Shown: positions 9,655-20,789 of the stretch, piece by piece
Layout of the letters: every line of letters starts with the position of its first letter
Position numbering within the stretch: the first letter of the stretch is position 1
IMG/VR virus record: IMGVR_UViG_3300030116_007754
Span: 5,052-69,051 of that record
Length of the DNA stretch: 64,000 bases
Source of the DNA: a virus
Reading direction: 5' to 3' (one strand)
The notes under the pieces: model-generated
What the model saw: only the letters and a program-made list of their open reading frames with translations
Told to the model about the DNA's origin: nothing
Database searches by the model: none
Position numbers and translations under genes: made by a program

Positions 9655-11616
9655 TTATACTTGACCAACTATTTCACTAAACTCTACTCCAGATCTTACT
9701 GCAACAAAATTAAGTTGAATAAAATTAATTGCTCTACTTGGTTTGATGAAAATATCTCCTACAAACTCATTTCGATCAATTATTTCTGGTGTATTGTTTG
9801 TTTCATCACAGACTACTCTAAAGTCTTGGACACCTCTTCTTGCTTGTACATCTCTCAAGAAAGGATCTACCAAATTAACAAACTGTGATCTTGTGAAAGC
9901 ATCATTGAACTCAAATAGAGTAAATTTAGCAGCAGTAGATATTGCTTTTTCTAAAACAATAAACAATCTTCTGACATTTATTCTATCAAATGCACTTGGT
10001 TTAGCTAATAATGTTTTATCACCAAATAAAACTGTTCCTTGACCTGGGAATGTAACAACTGGGTTGATACCATTCTTATAAAGTAGATCTCTTTCAGCTT
10101 TATTAGGATTAAATGCTAATCTAGTAACATTCTTCATGACACCTCTGTTAAATCCAGCTGGTGAATACCAAGGATCTCTTGTAAGATCTGATCTTACCAT
10201 TATCCCTGCTGTATCTCCATTTGCTGGAACATATCTTTGGATATCGTTAAACTTATCATACTGATACTTCCATCCACTATCCATTACTACATAACTTGAA
10301 GATGTTAAAGTATCTCTAAATGATATTATATCTTCAGCTTGTTTTCCTGAAAAACTATCATTTCCTACTACATCACCTCTTTCAGGTGACATAACTGCTA
10401 TACAATCTTTTCTAGATTCAACAATGTTACCAATAATATGTTCTAGTACAGTTCCGTTATTATCACCACCTAAAACAATAGAAATATCAACGTCTTCTGC
10501 ACTTTTAAATTTATTGTATCCATTAATGTGATCTGTATTTCTAGGTGCAGCACCATCTCTACCATAAATTAAACTATCTGTAGCTGGAAGCGGTGCACCA
10601 CTAAATGATGATCCTTTTTTAGAACCTGAATTAGTATGAGCAGAGTTATGAGCAGCCCACCAAACATACTTAGAGTTGTTGTTAATTACATCTACATAGT
10701 AATTGGTTGAACCGTCTTCGTTTTTAGCATCAGATGCTAAACTTACTCTTTCATATTTTTCTAATACAGTATTAAGTGTACCAGTCCATTCTCCGTCTTC
10801 ATCAGCAACAACAATGTGTGCTTCATCACCATTTCCTCCAGCTGTGTTAGCTGAATCAGATGTTCCTGGTGCTTTATCAAAGAAACCATGATATTCCCAT
10901 CTTCTTTCTGGTGTAACAACAGAAGCATTATGTGAACTGTTTGAAGAAGCAGCACCAACTGAATTACCTGTATATTTTTCAGTTAGTGTTAGTGAAGTAT
11001 TACTTGCAATTGAAGCAACTTTTCTAAGTTCTTTATCAGGACCTAGAACTAAGATATCACCAACAGCTACTTGTGTTTGGAATAATGTTCCTAAACCAGC
11101 TAGTGTTTTAGAACCATTTACTGGTTGTACGTTACCAGTTAATGTTGAACTAAATGCATTTGAACTTGCACATACACTTACCTTTAAACTGTTTCCTAAC
11201 TCTCCTGGAAATCTTCCAATCCAATTACCAACACCACTTATTCCTGATGAATAGTTATCATCATAATCTTGATCATTTTTAATCAAAGTATTTTTAGTGT
11301 TAGCAGCATTACTTATTGAATTTCTTGCAGCATCTGCACTATTAGATCCTGTCTCGTTAATAACCCTTACAGTAAATAAAGCATTACCATAAGCTAAAAA
11401 ATTTGATGCAACAAAGAAATCTGTTGCTGTGTTACTTGTTAATGGTTTTTGAAAATTACTTATTAAATCGTCTTCTGATGTAATTAATACTCTTTCTCCT
11501 ACTGGTCCCCATCTAAAATGGCCTGCGTAACCAGCCTCTGTAGTAGAGACAGCAGGGATTACAGTAGTAAGATCAACTTCTGATACATTAACACCTGGTG
11601 AAACTTGAAACGCCAT
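9655..11616 (-). CDS. gp18: Tail sheath protein (T4 gp18)
   Basis: SPGVNVSEVDLT..WGP..PWYSPAGFNRG..AFDRINVRRLF..FVGDIFIKPSRAINFIQLNF. Confidence 0.97.
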   Translation of the reverse strand: MAFQVSPGVNVSEVDLTTVIPAVSTTEAGYAGHFRWGPVGERVLITSEDDLISNFQKPLTSNTATDFFVASNFLAYGNALFTVRVINETGSNSADAARNSISNAANTKNTLIKNDQDYDDNYSSGISGVGNWIGRFPGELGNSLKVSVCASSNAFSSTLTGNVQPVNGSKTLAGLGTLFQTQVAVGDILVLGPDKELRKVASIASNTSLTLTEKYTGNSVGAASSNSSHNASVVTPERRWEYHGFFDKAPGTSDSANTAGGNGDEAHIVVADEDGEWTGTLNTVLEKYERVSLASDAKNEDGSTNYYVDVINNNSKYVWWAAHNSAHTNSGSKKGSSFSGAPLPATDSLIYGRDGAAPRNTDHINGYNKFKSAEDVDISIVLGGDNNGTVLEHIIGNIVESRKDCIAVMSPERGDVVGNDSFSGKQAEDIISFRDTLTSSSYVVMDSGWKYQYDKFNDIQRYVPANGDTAGIMVRSDLTRDPWYSPAGFNRGVMKNVTRLAFNPNKAERDLLYKNGINPVVTFPGQGTVLFGDKTLLAKPSAFDRINVRRLFIVLEKAISTAAKFTLFEFNDAFTRSQFVNLVDPFLRDVQARRGVQDFRVVCDETNNTPEIIDRNEFVGDIFIKPSRAINFIQLNFVAVRSGVEFSEIVGQV

Positions 11617-11667
11617 TTTTTAATTCTCCTACTAAATTTTAGTTTTATAATGAACTCTTTTATGAAT

Positions 11668-11675
11668 TATTTATA
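11668..11675 (-). promoter_or_regulatory. Late promoter TATAAATA
   Basis: Exact match upstream of gp18. Confidence 0.75.
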
Positions 11676-11686
11676 ATTTTTTAGAT

Positions 11687-13330
11687 TTAACTAAAATTGT
11701 CTATTTTTACACTAACCCAACGATCATGTGGATTTTGTAATGAATCATCCTTATCTAAAACTTCACTTTCACCATCTTCTCTAAAACCAAATGGTAACAT
11801 TTGATCTTCGATCATTTTCATCTTTTCCTTATATAGTTTTTCTCTAATATCAGTATCTGTAATTTCTTTGAAATATTCTTGTCTTGCTATCCAACTGAAC
11901 AATACTGTACACATAACTAAGTCATCATGTTGTCCATCTTCAGCTTCAAAACTAGCTCCTTTACCAACAAAACTACTTAATTCACTAATAAGATCAAAGT
12001 CTGGTATAATTAACTGATCATTTTCTATAAGATCTTTTAAGTTACTACATCCTATCCTTTTTACTTGTTTTGTTGTTTTAACTCCTAATGTTCTACCACT
12101 ATGACTACCAAATCCACTTGATACTTGTTGTCCAGCTCTACCCATATGAACAGTAGACATTAAATTTTCATATAACAAATCATTATGTAATATATCCACT
12201 ACTTGTTGACCTATATCGTTTGTTTCAACTAATATGAATGCATTATTGTAATGTTTACCAGTATTCTCAATAGTATTTGGATATAATAATGGACTTACAG
12301 TCTTATCCCTAAACTTAGCAACTACTTTAAATGGTTGTTTAGTTACATCAAATACTACAAATGCACTGTAATCTAATCCAACACCTCTTGCAACATCAAC
12401 TGTAATAACATATGTATGTCCAGGTTTAGATTCTTCATATATACTCATAGTTTCTGTTGTTTTGATAGGATAGTCAAACCTCATTGCTCTTAGTTTGGTT
12501 GAACTAATAAGAGTATTCATAGATCCTATAAATTCACATTCAAACTCTTGCCTAAATTGTTCTTCACTTGTATTGCTTATAGTTTGTTGTTTCCATTTTT
12601 CATCTCTACCTGGTATTTCATTCCATCCAACTTCTATAGGAGTATAACCATTTTTTTTATCTATAGCATCAGACCATAATTTGTAGAAGTGGTTTAATCC
12701 ATTAGGTGTACTAACTATGAATACTTTGGTTGTTTTACCAGATGATATTGTAGGATAAACTGATGCAAAGAAGTTTGTTGCTATATTGTTACTAACAAAT
12801 GCAAACTCATCTAAGAAAATTAAGTTGTATGATCCACCTCTTATTGCACTACTACTCGTTGCACTAGCTACTATTTTGGATCCATTCTCTAATTCAATAT
12901 TACCTTTATTCCAAACTATAATTCCTTGTTGTAACCATTTTGGTAAATGCTCATATGCTAGTTGAATCTTTCCTAATAAATCTCTGGCTAATGAACCTTT
13001 GTTTGCTAATATAGCTATACTTTGATTATCTGTAAATAAAACTAACCATAACATATAAGCTGTTACAGTAGTTGATTTACCAGACTGTCTTGGAAGTTTA
13101 TTTACAACAAATCTATCTTTGTTGAATGTATTGACCATTTTAGTTTGAAAGTCATACATTTTAAAAGGTACTAGACCTTTATCAACATTTACTATTTTTA
13201 TATATTTTTCAATGAAATATACAGAATCTTTTGCACATTTGATATATTCTTCTATCTGATCAGGAGAATATTCAATGTTAACATTGCCTCTCTTTAGATT
13301 AGGATTACCTAAGTAATTTTCACTATTCAC
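11687..13330 (-). CDS. gp17: Terminase large subunit (T4 gp17)
   Basis: YLGNPNLK, Walker A PRQSGKS, Walker B IFLDEFAF, VSTPNG, DVARG, HDDLVM. Confidence 0.97.
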   Translation of the reverse strand: MNSENYLGNPNLKRGNVNIEYSPDQIEEYIKCAKDSVYFIEKYIKIVNVDKGLVPFKMYDFQTKMVNTFNKDRFVVNKLPRQSGKSTTVTAYMLWLVLFTDNQSIAILANKGSLARDLLGKIQLAYEHLPKWLQQGIIVWNKGNIELENGSKIVASATSSSAIRGGSYNLIFLDEFAFVSNNIATNFFASVYPTISSGKTTKVFIVSTPNGLNHFYKLWSDAIDKKNGYTPIEVGWNEIPGRDEKWKQQTISNTSEEQFRQEFECEFIGSMNTLISSTKLRAMRFDYPIKTTETMSIYEESKPGHTYVITVDVARGVGLDYSAFVVFDVTKQPFKVVAKFRDKTVSPLLYPNTIENTGKHYNNAFILVETNDIGQQVVDILHNDLLYENLMSTVHMGRAGQQVSSGFGSHSGRTLGVKTTKQVKRIGCSNLKDLIENDQLIIPDFDLISELSSFVGKGASFEAEDGQHDDLVMCTVLFSWIARQEYFKEITDTDIREKLYKEKMKMIEDQMLPFGFREDGESEVLDKDDSLQNPHDRWVSVKIDNFS

Positions 13331-13736
13331 TGTTTTTTCTTTTGTTTATAAATTTTTGTAAATCAGCTGTATTTCCTACATACAGTGAGTTGTTAACAGT
13401 TTTAGGTCCTTCTTGTATATCTTTATTAATAACTTTTATTTTTTTTTGTAACTCTAATAAATCTTTATTTGTATCACTTAATGTTTTTACTAGTTGACTT
13501 ACCACTTCAAATGCTCTAGGATGTTGTGATTGCTGAGCAACATCTACTAATGTATTCAATGATTCTTGTCCTTTTTCAATTATAGTATATAAATTTTCTC
13601 TTGCATATTTGTAATCAATATCTGCTTCACTTTCTTCTTTATTTGTGTCAACTTTTTTTGGTATTGTTACTTCAGTTTCTTTTTTTGTTTCTGGTAAGTT
13701 AAAAATACCTTCCATATTTTTTTCAAATTGAGTCAT
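13323..13736 (-). CDS. gp16: Terminase small subunit (T4 gp16)
   Basis: DYKYARENLY..HPRAFEV..YVGNTADLQK; adjacent to gp17. Confidence 0.9.
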   Translation of the reverse strand: MTQFEKNMEGIFNLPETKKETEVTIPKKVDTNKEESEADIDYKYARENLYTIIEKGQESLNTLVDVAQQSQHPRAFEVVSQLVKTLSDTNKDLLELQKKIKVINKDIQEGPKTVNNSLYVGNTADLQKFINKRKNSE

Positions 13737-14569
13737 TATTCTTCTCCATCCAGATCAGTCTCAAAGTCTATTGCAAAACCATAGTTGTCGTTTGCACTTA
13801 TATTATCTATACTGATACTTTGTGAACTATTAGCAGTTGGATTTCCATTAGCATCTAATCCAGGAGTTACAGTAATTTTTTCAATTCTTTTACCTTGCTG
13901 TAACTCAGTGTTAGCTGAATTAATAAAATCAACCATAGTTCTTTTAATAATACCAGATTTCTTAACAGGACCATAGATATATCCTTTAACTAAAAAATCT
14001 AAGTTATATATCAAACTTCTTCTAGTCTCAAAATCACCTTCATAAGCATCTTCTGTTGTAACACTTTGTAATACAGTAGGTACATCATGTTTAATATTCA
14101 TCTCTGGAATTATTTTAAGTGTTGTTGTCCATTCTGGTGTAAAGAACGGAAGTATCTGTTCTAATATTTGTACACCATCATCAGCATTCTTAACAAATAC
14201 ACTAAGACTAAAATTAAAGTCATAAGGCACAGGAGTGTAAACTGTTTTGATACTATTATTAGAACCAGTAGTACCAATTGTATTTACTCTTCGTTGTGTA
14301 CTACTTAATTTTCTTTCTGGCATGTATGACATACCAGTCATTTCAAAACCCATTCTTGGTAAACTAATTTGTGATTGATTTGTAAGTTCTGGATCTTGAG
14401 TTATTCTAACTAAGAATTTTTCTTTAGGTCCATACGCTATTGGAACTTTAAGAGCTTGTATTCTTTGTCCAGCTTTGTTAAATCTTTGTACAATAATATC
14501 GTTAAATAATGTACCAAACATTACAACATATCTTCTTATTACTTGGTTATAATACTGATGTCCAAACAT
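13736..14569 (-). CDS. gp15: Tail sheath stabiliser/terminator (T4 gp15)
   Basis: FGTLFNDI..VPIAYGPKEKFL..LPRMGFE..QILEQILPFFTP. Confidence 0.93.
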   Translation of the reverse strand: MFGHQYYNQVIRRYVVMFGTLFNDIIVQRFNKAGQRIQALKVPIAYGPKEKFLVRITQDPELTNQSQISLPRMGFEMTGMSYMPERKLSSTQRRVNTIGTTGSNNSIKTVYTPVPYDFNFSLSVFVKNADDGVQILEQILPFFTPEWTTTLKIIPEMNIKHDVPTVLQSVTTEDAYEGDFETRRSLIYNLDFLVKGYIYGPVKKSGIIKRTMVDFINSANTELQQGKRIEKITVTPGLDANGNPTANSSQSISIDNISANDNYGFAIDFETDLDGEE

Positions 14570-15435
14570 TAATACCTATCTACTTCTGAGAATGGATTAC
14601 CTTCACTAAAGTCAATAATACTATCTCCTTCAAACTGAAAGAATGAGTTATTAGCAGATACATCAGTTGTTTCAACTGTAAACTCTTGTAATAAACTACC
14701 ACCACCTTCAATTAATAACATATTGTCATCTTCAAGTTTAAATTGATAAGCAAGAGTACTAAGACTTTGTTTTGTTTCAATACTATCTATTTCAGTATTA
14801 CCAGTTCTAATTCTTTCACTACTATATTTGAATAATTCGCATCTAAGATCATAAGTTTGTAATCTACCAGTTTGGTAAAATATTTGTTCATGCTCAACAA
14901 ACTTAATTTCAAATAATTTATTTACTAACGGAAAGAATATAAGATCTCCTTCTTGAGGTCGTTCACTTGATATTTGATAATTGTTAACTCCAGTTGTTCC
15001 TGTTTCTAATATAATAGATTCTGTATTACTTGCTGCTGTGTTAGATAGAAACTGTCTTGATGGAGCATCTGTATTTGCTGATTCTTGTAGATAATTATAA
15101 CCTACTTCAGTAGTTAATTTTTCTGTCTTTATTTGATCAAATCTTTTTCTTGCAACTGTAAGTGTAAGTTGATCATTTATTTGCAAACCAAACTTACTCA
15201 TGAAATCTCCTTCACCTTCAAACCCTTCAACATTCTTAACATACATTTCAATATCAGCTGCAGTTTCATATTTAAGTAGTTTATCTTCTCCAAAGAGATG
15301 ATCTATCTCTTGGATACTCTTTGGCATATACTTTACGTTATGACCATATATTTTAATTGATTCGATTGTAAGATCTTCTACTAGATCTTGTTCTCTTGCG
15401 TATGCGAAGTTGTTAAAATATACATTAGTTGCCAC
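14569..15435 (-). CDS. gp14: Neck protein (T4 gp14)
   Basis: EQDLVEDLTIESIKIYG..SKFGLQI..RPQEGDLIFFP..FEIKFVEHE..NPFSE. Confidence 0.93.
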   Translation of the reverse strand: MATNVYFNNFAYAREQDLVEDLTIESIKIYGHNVKYMPKSIQEIDHLFGEDKLLKYETAADIEMYVKNVEGFEGEGDFMSKFGLQINDQLTLTVARKRFDQIKTEKLTTEVGYNYLQESANTDAPSRQFLSNTAASNTESIILETGTTGVNNYQISSERPQEGDLIFFPLVNKLFEIKFVEHEQIFYQTGRLQTYDLRCELFKYSSERIRTGNTEIDSIETKQSLSTLAYQFKLEDDNMLLIEGGGSLLQEFTVETTDVSANNSFFQFEGDSIIDFSEGNPFSEVDRY

Positions 15436-15436
15436 A

Positions 15437-16186
15437 CTATCCCTCCATATCCATTACTGGAAGTGAATAGCTTGATATTACTTCTTCTTCTAATTTTCTT
15501 TGTTCTTCTGTTGCTTCTTCCCATATTTTTTGACCATTGAATGTCAAACCACCTGGAAGTTGTATTCCTTCAAACTTTTTTAAGTTTTCACCCCATTGTC
15601 TTTTTATTAAACAAGTTGCATATCTTCTTAACCACCAATCATTCCACATATCAGTATGAACATCTGGGTCTATAACTGCATAAGCATCCATTAATACAAA
15701 CTCTCCAACAACTAAATCTTCTTTAGCTATATCAATGTTTACTTTATTCTTATGTCTGTTAAATCTTATAGGCTGACTACCTACAAATATTTCTTCCAAA
15801 TTTTCTACGTGTCTCATTGCTGTAACATAAGGAAGATATGTAGTTGATGTAAAGTCAAATAAATCGTTTAGATGAATTTGATATCTTATGTTAAATAAAT
15901 TACTTGACTGTGTACTATCTCCAATATCAAATAATCTTGTTACACCAATTATTTCTGGATCTTCATTAGTTAAATCTATTTGTTTATTATCTTTGATTGT
16001 TTGAGTTATTTCTATTGGTTTAATAACTCTTTCTGTACCATCAAAATGGTAATCTCTATAATATGCTAAAGCATCATCAATTCTATCTTCAACCTGTGTA
16101 TCATCAATATTAATATCAACTACAGGTTTACCTAATGATCTCAGACAATACTCTTTGAATGTGTTTCTAGAATTTGGAACGGCCAT
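15437..16186 (-). CDS. gp13: Neck protein (T4 gp13)
   Basis: YCLRSLGKPVVDIN..QVEDRIDDAL..KRQWGENLKKFEGIQLPGG. Confidence 0.93.
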   Translation of the reverse strand: MAVPNSRNTFKEYCLRSLGKPVVDINIDDTQVEDRIDDALAYYRDYHFDGTERVIKPIEITQTIKDNKQIDLTNEDPEIIGVTRLFDIGDSTQSSNLFNIRYQIHLNDLFDFTSTTYLPYVTAMRHVENLEEIFVGSQPIRFNRHKNKVNIDIAKEDLVVGEFVLMDAYAVIDPDVHTDMWNDWWLRRYATCLIKRQWGENLKKFEGIQLPGGLTFNGQKIWEEATEEQRKLEEEVISSYSLPVMDMEG

Positions 16187-16204
16187 AGTATCTCCTATTG
16201 ATAC

Positions 16205-16212
16205 TATTTATA
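16205..16212 (-). promoter_or_regulatory. Late promoter TATAAATA
   Basis: Exact match upstream of the gp13 RBS (AGGAG). Confidence 0.75.
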
Positions 16213-16217
16213 AACAA

Positions 16218-16844
16218 TTAATCGTTTGGATCCGTTGGCCACTTTTGTAGATCAGCCTCATAGTTTATATCACCATTTGCATGATATGTAGAAGTATTTA
16301 ACGATATCAAAGCATCTACATCTGAAGCAGAATTAATTTTGGCTTCCATTATCCCTGAATTTGCTCTTACTGAGTTAATATAAGTATTAACAGTTTTTGG
16401 AATAGCGGTTCCAGCTTGTGCTAACCTCAGAGTATACCAATCATATTTTGATATCAAATTTTGAGCTGTTTCTTTTATTTGATTCTTCCAAAGTGATTTA
16501 AGACCTAATGATTTAACATCTCCAACATCTTTTCCTTCTGGGATAACTCCATCTGTTTTGTCTTGACTAGTGTATGTTGAATCAGCCAAATCTTTAGCAG
16601 TTGATGAATAAGTGCCTACTACTGTCCCTGCACTATCATTTACTGTATAAGAGATACCACCCATGTTATAATAGAATGTATCTTTTTGACCAGTTTCTGA
16701 ATATGAATATAGTCCTATTGCTTTTAGTGCTGCAGGTGTCCAAATTCTAAAAATAGATGCTGGATACTGCGTTCCGTTAATAGTCATAGCCTTTGGACCA
16801 TTAATGATCTCTATTACTTGACTTGCTTTAACTCTTGCCCACAT
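16218..16844 (-). CDS. Putative tail-fibre assembly/chaperone-like protein
   Basis: Follows the fibre cassette; QYPASIF..W..LKAIG and DWYTLR..IP..YINSVR..WP motifs typical of fibre-associated proteins; TATAAATA at 16867-16874. Confidence 0.5.
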   Translation of the reverse strand: MWARVKASQVIEIINGPKAMTINGTQYPASIFRIWTPAALKAIGLYSYSETGQKDTFYYNMGGISYTVNDSAGTVVGTYSSTAKDLADSTYTSQDKTDGVIPEGKDVGDVKSLGLKSLWKNQIKETAQNLISKYDWYTLRLAQAGTAIPKTVNTYINSVRANSGIMEAKINSASDVDALISLNTSTYHANGDINYEADLQKWPTDPND

Positions 16845-16897
16845 GTTTATATCTCCTTATGTTATTTATTTATAAAAGTTTTTGTTTAATCCATTAA

Positions 16898-19252
16898 TTA
16901 TCTTGCTGTTGGGATTGTAATACCATCTGCTCCATGAAATGGGTGTTCTGCAAACGCCATGTAGACGTAAGTACCACCACTTCTGTTAATTTGAGAATTA
17001 GTTGTTCTGCATTTAAATCCATTTGATACAACATCTAAATCGATTGATGAACCATTATCTCCTTGAGTTAAATCAGCAAACAAAGAATTATTTGTAGGAT
17101 TACGTGTGAACCTGGAATTATCCCATATTGGCCAATTGTTTGAAGAACTGTTTTCTTTGATCATAATCCATGCCGGCTTGAACCCGGTAAAGATAAAAGT
17201 ACCATCCGCATTTCCATTTCCCGTGTATGATCCAAATTTTGAGAATCCTTCAACACTTCTCCAGACATATGCAACCACATCAGACCCATTATTATTACTA
17301 TTAGAATTACTACCAAGTTGAATATACGTACTACTAACACCAGTAAATTGTGTAGTAGCTGCACCAGAATCAACCATAGCATCAGGTTCATTTAAATGTA
17401 AATATTTATTAATACCATTATACACATGATATACCGAGGTAGCTGCTCCAGCACCCGCATCCAATCTTTTTACAATAAACCATTCAGGAGTAGCTGATAA
17501 TCCATGAGCAAATCTTAATGTACTCCCTGTTCCTTGAAATCTACAAATACTAAAACCAGCTGTATCATTTGCTTGGACAGTAGTTGCAACTGTTGCACCT
17601 GATCCGTCTGTATTGGCAACTTCAGTACCACTATTACCAACCCAATTCCATGCAACATAACTTTCACCATTAGTATTAAGAGCATCATTATCTTCAGTTG
17701 CAAATCCACCTATCAAAAATTTTTGTAATCCATCAGTTACAGTAGCTTCATTTGATTCAGAATTTTCCCATTCTTTTTGTGGTCCTCTTGATGAGTCATA
17801 GAAAGCATGAGCATCTGAAGCATCTCTATTTTTGATCCAAACAAAATCTGAGAGTCCTGCTTTTGTTGACGTAGGAAGGTTGTCTTGTTGTAAAGCCACA
17901 AAGCCAGTTGGTGGGGTGTAGCTGAAAGATTTTTGACCAAAGTTTGCTGTCCAACCACCATTATAACCAGTTGCTCCATCACCAACTGCAAAAGTATAAT
18001 TACTATTAGGTATACTTAATGTACCTTGACTTGCGTTATTTTTAAAAAACTGAACAGTAAGATTATCTAAATCCAAAGCTATTCCAATAACATCATTTGT
18101 TGTATATGTTGCATAAGTTACATCATAACTATTACTGGAATTGTAATACACTCTTCCGTTATATCCATAATACATATATCCTGCTAAACTTCCATCAGGT
18201 GGTTCAGGTAATCGTGTTGAGTTTGATCCGTATGGAAGTAATAAAGTAGAAGCTACTCCAACTTCAGCACGAGAAGCAACATCAACTGTAAATTCAGCAT
18301 AATATTTACCACTACTTGGTTTAAGTGTAGCATTATGATGTGAGAAATCAGAATTACCAGTAACAAGTTTTAAGTTACCCTCACTTAAAGTACCACCAGT
18401 TCCTTCTAATGTAGCATGATTCTGAGTAGGACTGTCTGTTACAATATCACTAGCAACTAAATTTGTAACTGTAAAATCATTTCCATTACCACTAGTATCA
18501 TCACCTATTGTTTGTCCTGCTGTGTTAGCAAATTGCATTCTATATCCGTTTGTACCATATGTGATTCCGGTTAATGTTTTTGGTATCCATCTTCCTGTTG
18601 AAGTATCAGTTAGACCAAAGGTTGAAGGTGTTAATGCTGTACCATCAACAAAATTAAATTCTGCAATATAAGCACCTATAAAGGCATTTGTTGTACTCGT
18701 GGTTGTTTGTCCTCCAATGTTATGTTTTATTTGTGTATTAATAATTGAATTTGTAGGCACACTTGACCTATTATCAGTAGCAAATGAAGTTATTTGATCT
18801 CCATCAACATATAGCTTTATCTTATCAGTTCCACTTTGCGAGGAATCATTAGCAACTAAAATATGATAAAACTTAGATGTATCTTCAAAAGTTCTATTTG
18901 TTGTAAAAATACTTGTACCACTACTATAAAATCTAAGTTTAAAATCTTCCATAAAAAGCCCAGCACTTGATGCTGAGTTCCATGCATCATCAGAAGAACT
19001 AGCATATAACAAAATTCCATAATTTGACGTTGTTGGTTTAAACCATAGTGAGATAGTAAAGACACCCTTATTACCATCACTAGATGGAGTTCTTATTAAT
19101 GATCCTGTGCTCGATTTATCAAATATACAACTCTTTGCAATGGTACCATCATCATCAAAAGGTACAAACTTACCAACACGTTGACCTTTTCCATTACCTT
19201 CGTATATGGTTGTAAAGAAATGATCGGATCCTCTTATAATAGTTGCTGCCAC
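16898..19252 (-). CDS. LamG + SPRY virion fibre protein, cassette 2 gene C
   Basis: Paralog of 2916-5399; GTG start. Confidence 0.75.
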   Translation of the reverse strand: MAATIIRGSDHFFTTIYEGNGKGQRVGKFVPFDDDGTIAKSCIFDKSSTGSLIRTPSSDGNKGVFTISLWFKPTTSNYGILLYASSSDDAWNSASSAGLFMEDFKLRFYSSGTSIFTTNRTFEDTSKFYHILVANDSSQSGTDKIKLYVDGDQITSFATDNRSSVPTNSIINTQIKHNIGGQTTTSTTNAFIGAYIAEFNFVDGTALTPSTFGLTDTSTGRWIPKTLTGITYGTNGYRMQFANTAGQTIGDDTSGNGNDFTVTNLVASDIVTDSPTQNHATLEGTGGTLSEGNLKLVTGNSDFSHHNATLKPSSGKYYAEFTVDVASRAEVGVASTLLLPYGSNSTRLPEPPDGSLAGYMYYGYNGRVYYNSSNSYDVTYATYTTNDVIGIALDLDNLTVQFFKNNASQGTLSIPNSNYTFAVGDGATGYNGGWTANFGQKSFSYTPPTGFVALQQDNLPTSTKAGLSDFVWIKNRDASDAHAFYDSSRGPQKEWENSESNEATVTDGLQKFLIGGFATEDNDALNTNGESYVAWNWVGNSGTEVANTDGSGATVATTVQANDTAGFSICRFQGTGSTLRFAHGLSATPEWFIVKRLDAGAGAATSVYHVYNGINKYLHLNEPDAMVDSGAATTQFTGVSSTYIQLGSNSNSNNNGSDVVAYVWRSVEGFSKFGSYTGNGNADGTFIFTGFKPAWIMIKENSSSNNWPIWDNSRFTRNPTNNSLFADLTQGDNGSSIDLDVVSNGFKCRTTNSQINRSGGTYVYMAFAEHPFHGADGITIPTAR

Positions 19253-19253
19253 A

Positions 19254-20780
19254 TTAAGCTCCTAAATTTTGTGAACAGATTGCTAAATATCCTGATAAAG
19301 GCGTATAATAGAATTTGCCTAATCCGTTACTATCAGATGCAGCGTTACTACCTGAAGTTTTATTACCATTAAAAGAATCATCCTGACCAAAATTGACATT
19401 TATTTTTGCAACTTGATCATTTGCAAGTGTAAATCTTGGTACCCAATCTATTCCTTCTAGTGTTAAATTATCTGTTGGTGAAGTTGAATCAAAATCAACT
19501 GAACCATACAAAGATCCATCTACATAAACTTTAAACTCATTATTATCAAAATCTGTATAAACTCCTATAATTTTACCATTCTGAAAAGGTGTCAATCCAG
19601 TTGCAACACTACTACTTGTACCCCAAAACCATGTTGAATACGCGCTTCCAGTATGTCTCTGATTTAATCCAAAATCTCTAGTTGGAGAAGCGGTAGCTGT
19701 AGCACAATCTTCTACATCAGCATATCCTAAACCAAATGCTTCAGTAGAAGGATAAGTTGTTGTATACAATTCATAATACCACTTACCAGTTTTAACTGTC
19801 ATATTACCAGCTCCAAAACCGTTTTGGTTTCCAGCAGGTTTAGAAACAAAAGATAATCCTTGATCTCTAACTCCTCTTACTGTCTGACCACTATCATAAG
19901 AATATTTGTCAAGGGAATTAAGAATACAAAAATTATTTGTTGGAGTATCTTTTACAATATCATGACTATCCATGTTGTTACCAGTAAAATTATTTCCATT
20001 ACCACTCTGATCATCAGTAGGTGTTCCAGATGCTCCATTAAGATAAACCCCTGGAGTTCCAAAACTTATAGAACTTGTATCAATTTCAATAGGTCTCCAT
20101 ATTCCGTTAGAATCAAATTCTCCAAATGTTTCAGGTCCATATGCTGTACCAGAAATAAGACATATGTCTGACATATACCCATCAAAATAAAAGTTTTGTG
20201 CGTAACTATTTACACTACTATAAGCTCCAAATGCATATGTACATCCTGTACCACCAAACCAATAAGTTCTATCTTTAGATCCTGGAGTAAATGAAGAAAA
20301 ATCTTCTTCTCTTTCTCCGTTGATATACAGTCTAACTCTTTCATTTGCTTCGTCTTGTGTTGTATCATGTACTAGAACTAAATGATACCATGCACTAATA
20401 TCTCTAAATGAACGATTAGTTTTAAATACTAACACATAAGATGGTGATGGAGATATAGATGTACTTGCACCATTTAATTGTGCATAATATTGTAACTTAC
20501 CATCTGTGGTAAAGGTCACTGAACCATATCTACCATTACTTCCATAAAAAGCTCCGAACATATAATTTGTAGTACCAGCACCAATAGCATAACCACCTAG
20601 TTTAAACCACATACTGATTGTAGAAGTAGTAACTCCAGCAGAACTTCCTGGAACGCTCCTATGCATAAGAGATTTAGCTTCTTGATTAAATCTAATTGAT
20701 TGTGATACTTGATGAGCTGCATCAGCTGTTCCAGCTCCTGAAGCTCCGGATAAAATACTTGATTCAGATAATGAAGACAT
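19254..20780 (-). CDS. LamG + SPRY virion fibre protein, cassette 2 gene B
   Basis: SIRFN, DISAWYHLV, TGKWYYE, NFGQD, GYLAICSQNL. Confidence 0.75.
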   Translation of the reverse strand: MSSLSESSILSGASGAGTADAAHQVSQSIRFNQEAKSLMHRSVPGSSAGVTTSTISMWFKLGGYAIGAGTTNYMFGAFYGSNGRYGSVTFTTDGKLQYYAQLNGASTSISPSPSYVLVFKTNRSFRDISAWYHLVLVHDTTQDEANERVRLYINGEREEDFSSFTPGSKDRTYWFGGTGCTYAFGAYSSVNSYAQNFYFDGYMSDICLISGTAYGPETFGEFDSNGIWRPIEIDTSSISFGTPGVYLNGASGTPTDDQSGNGNNFTGNNMDSHDIVKDTPTNNFCILNSLDKYSYDSGQTVRGVRDQGLSFVSKPAGNQNGFGAGNMTVKTGKWYYELYTTTYPSTEAFGLGYADVEDCATATASPTRDFGLNQRHTGSAYSTWFWGTSSSVATGLTPFQNGKIIGVYTDFDNNEFKVYVDGSLYGSVDFDSTSPTDNLTLEGIDWVPRFTLANDQVAKINVNFGQDDSFNGNKTSGSNAASDSNGLGKFYYTPLSGYLAICSQNLGA

Positions 20781-20789
20781 TATAAACTC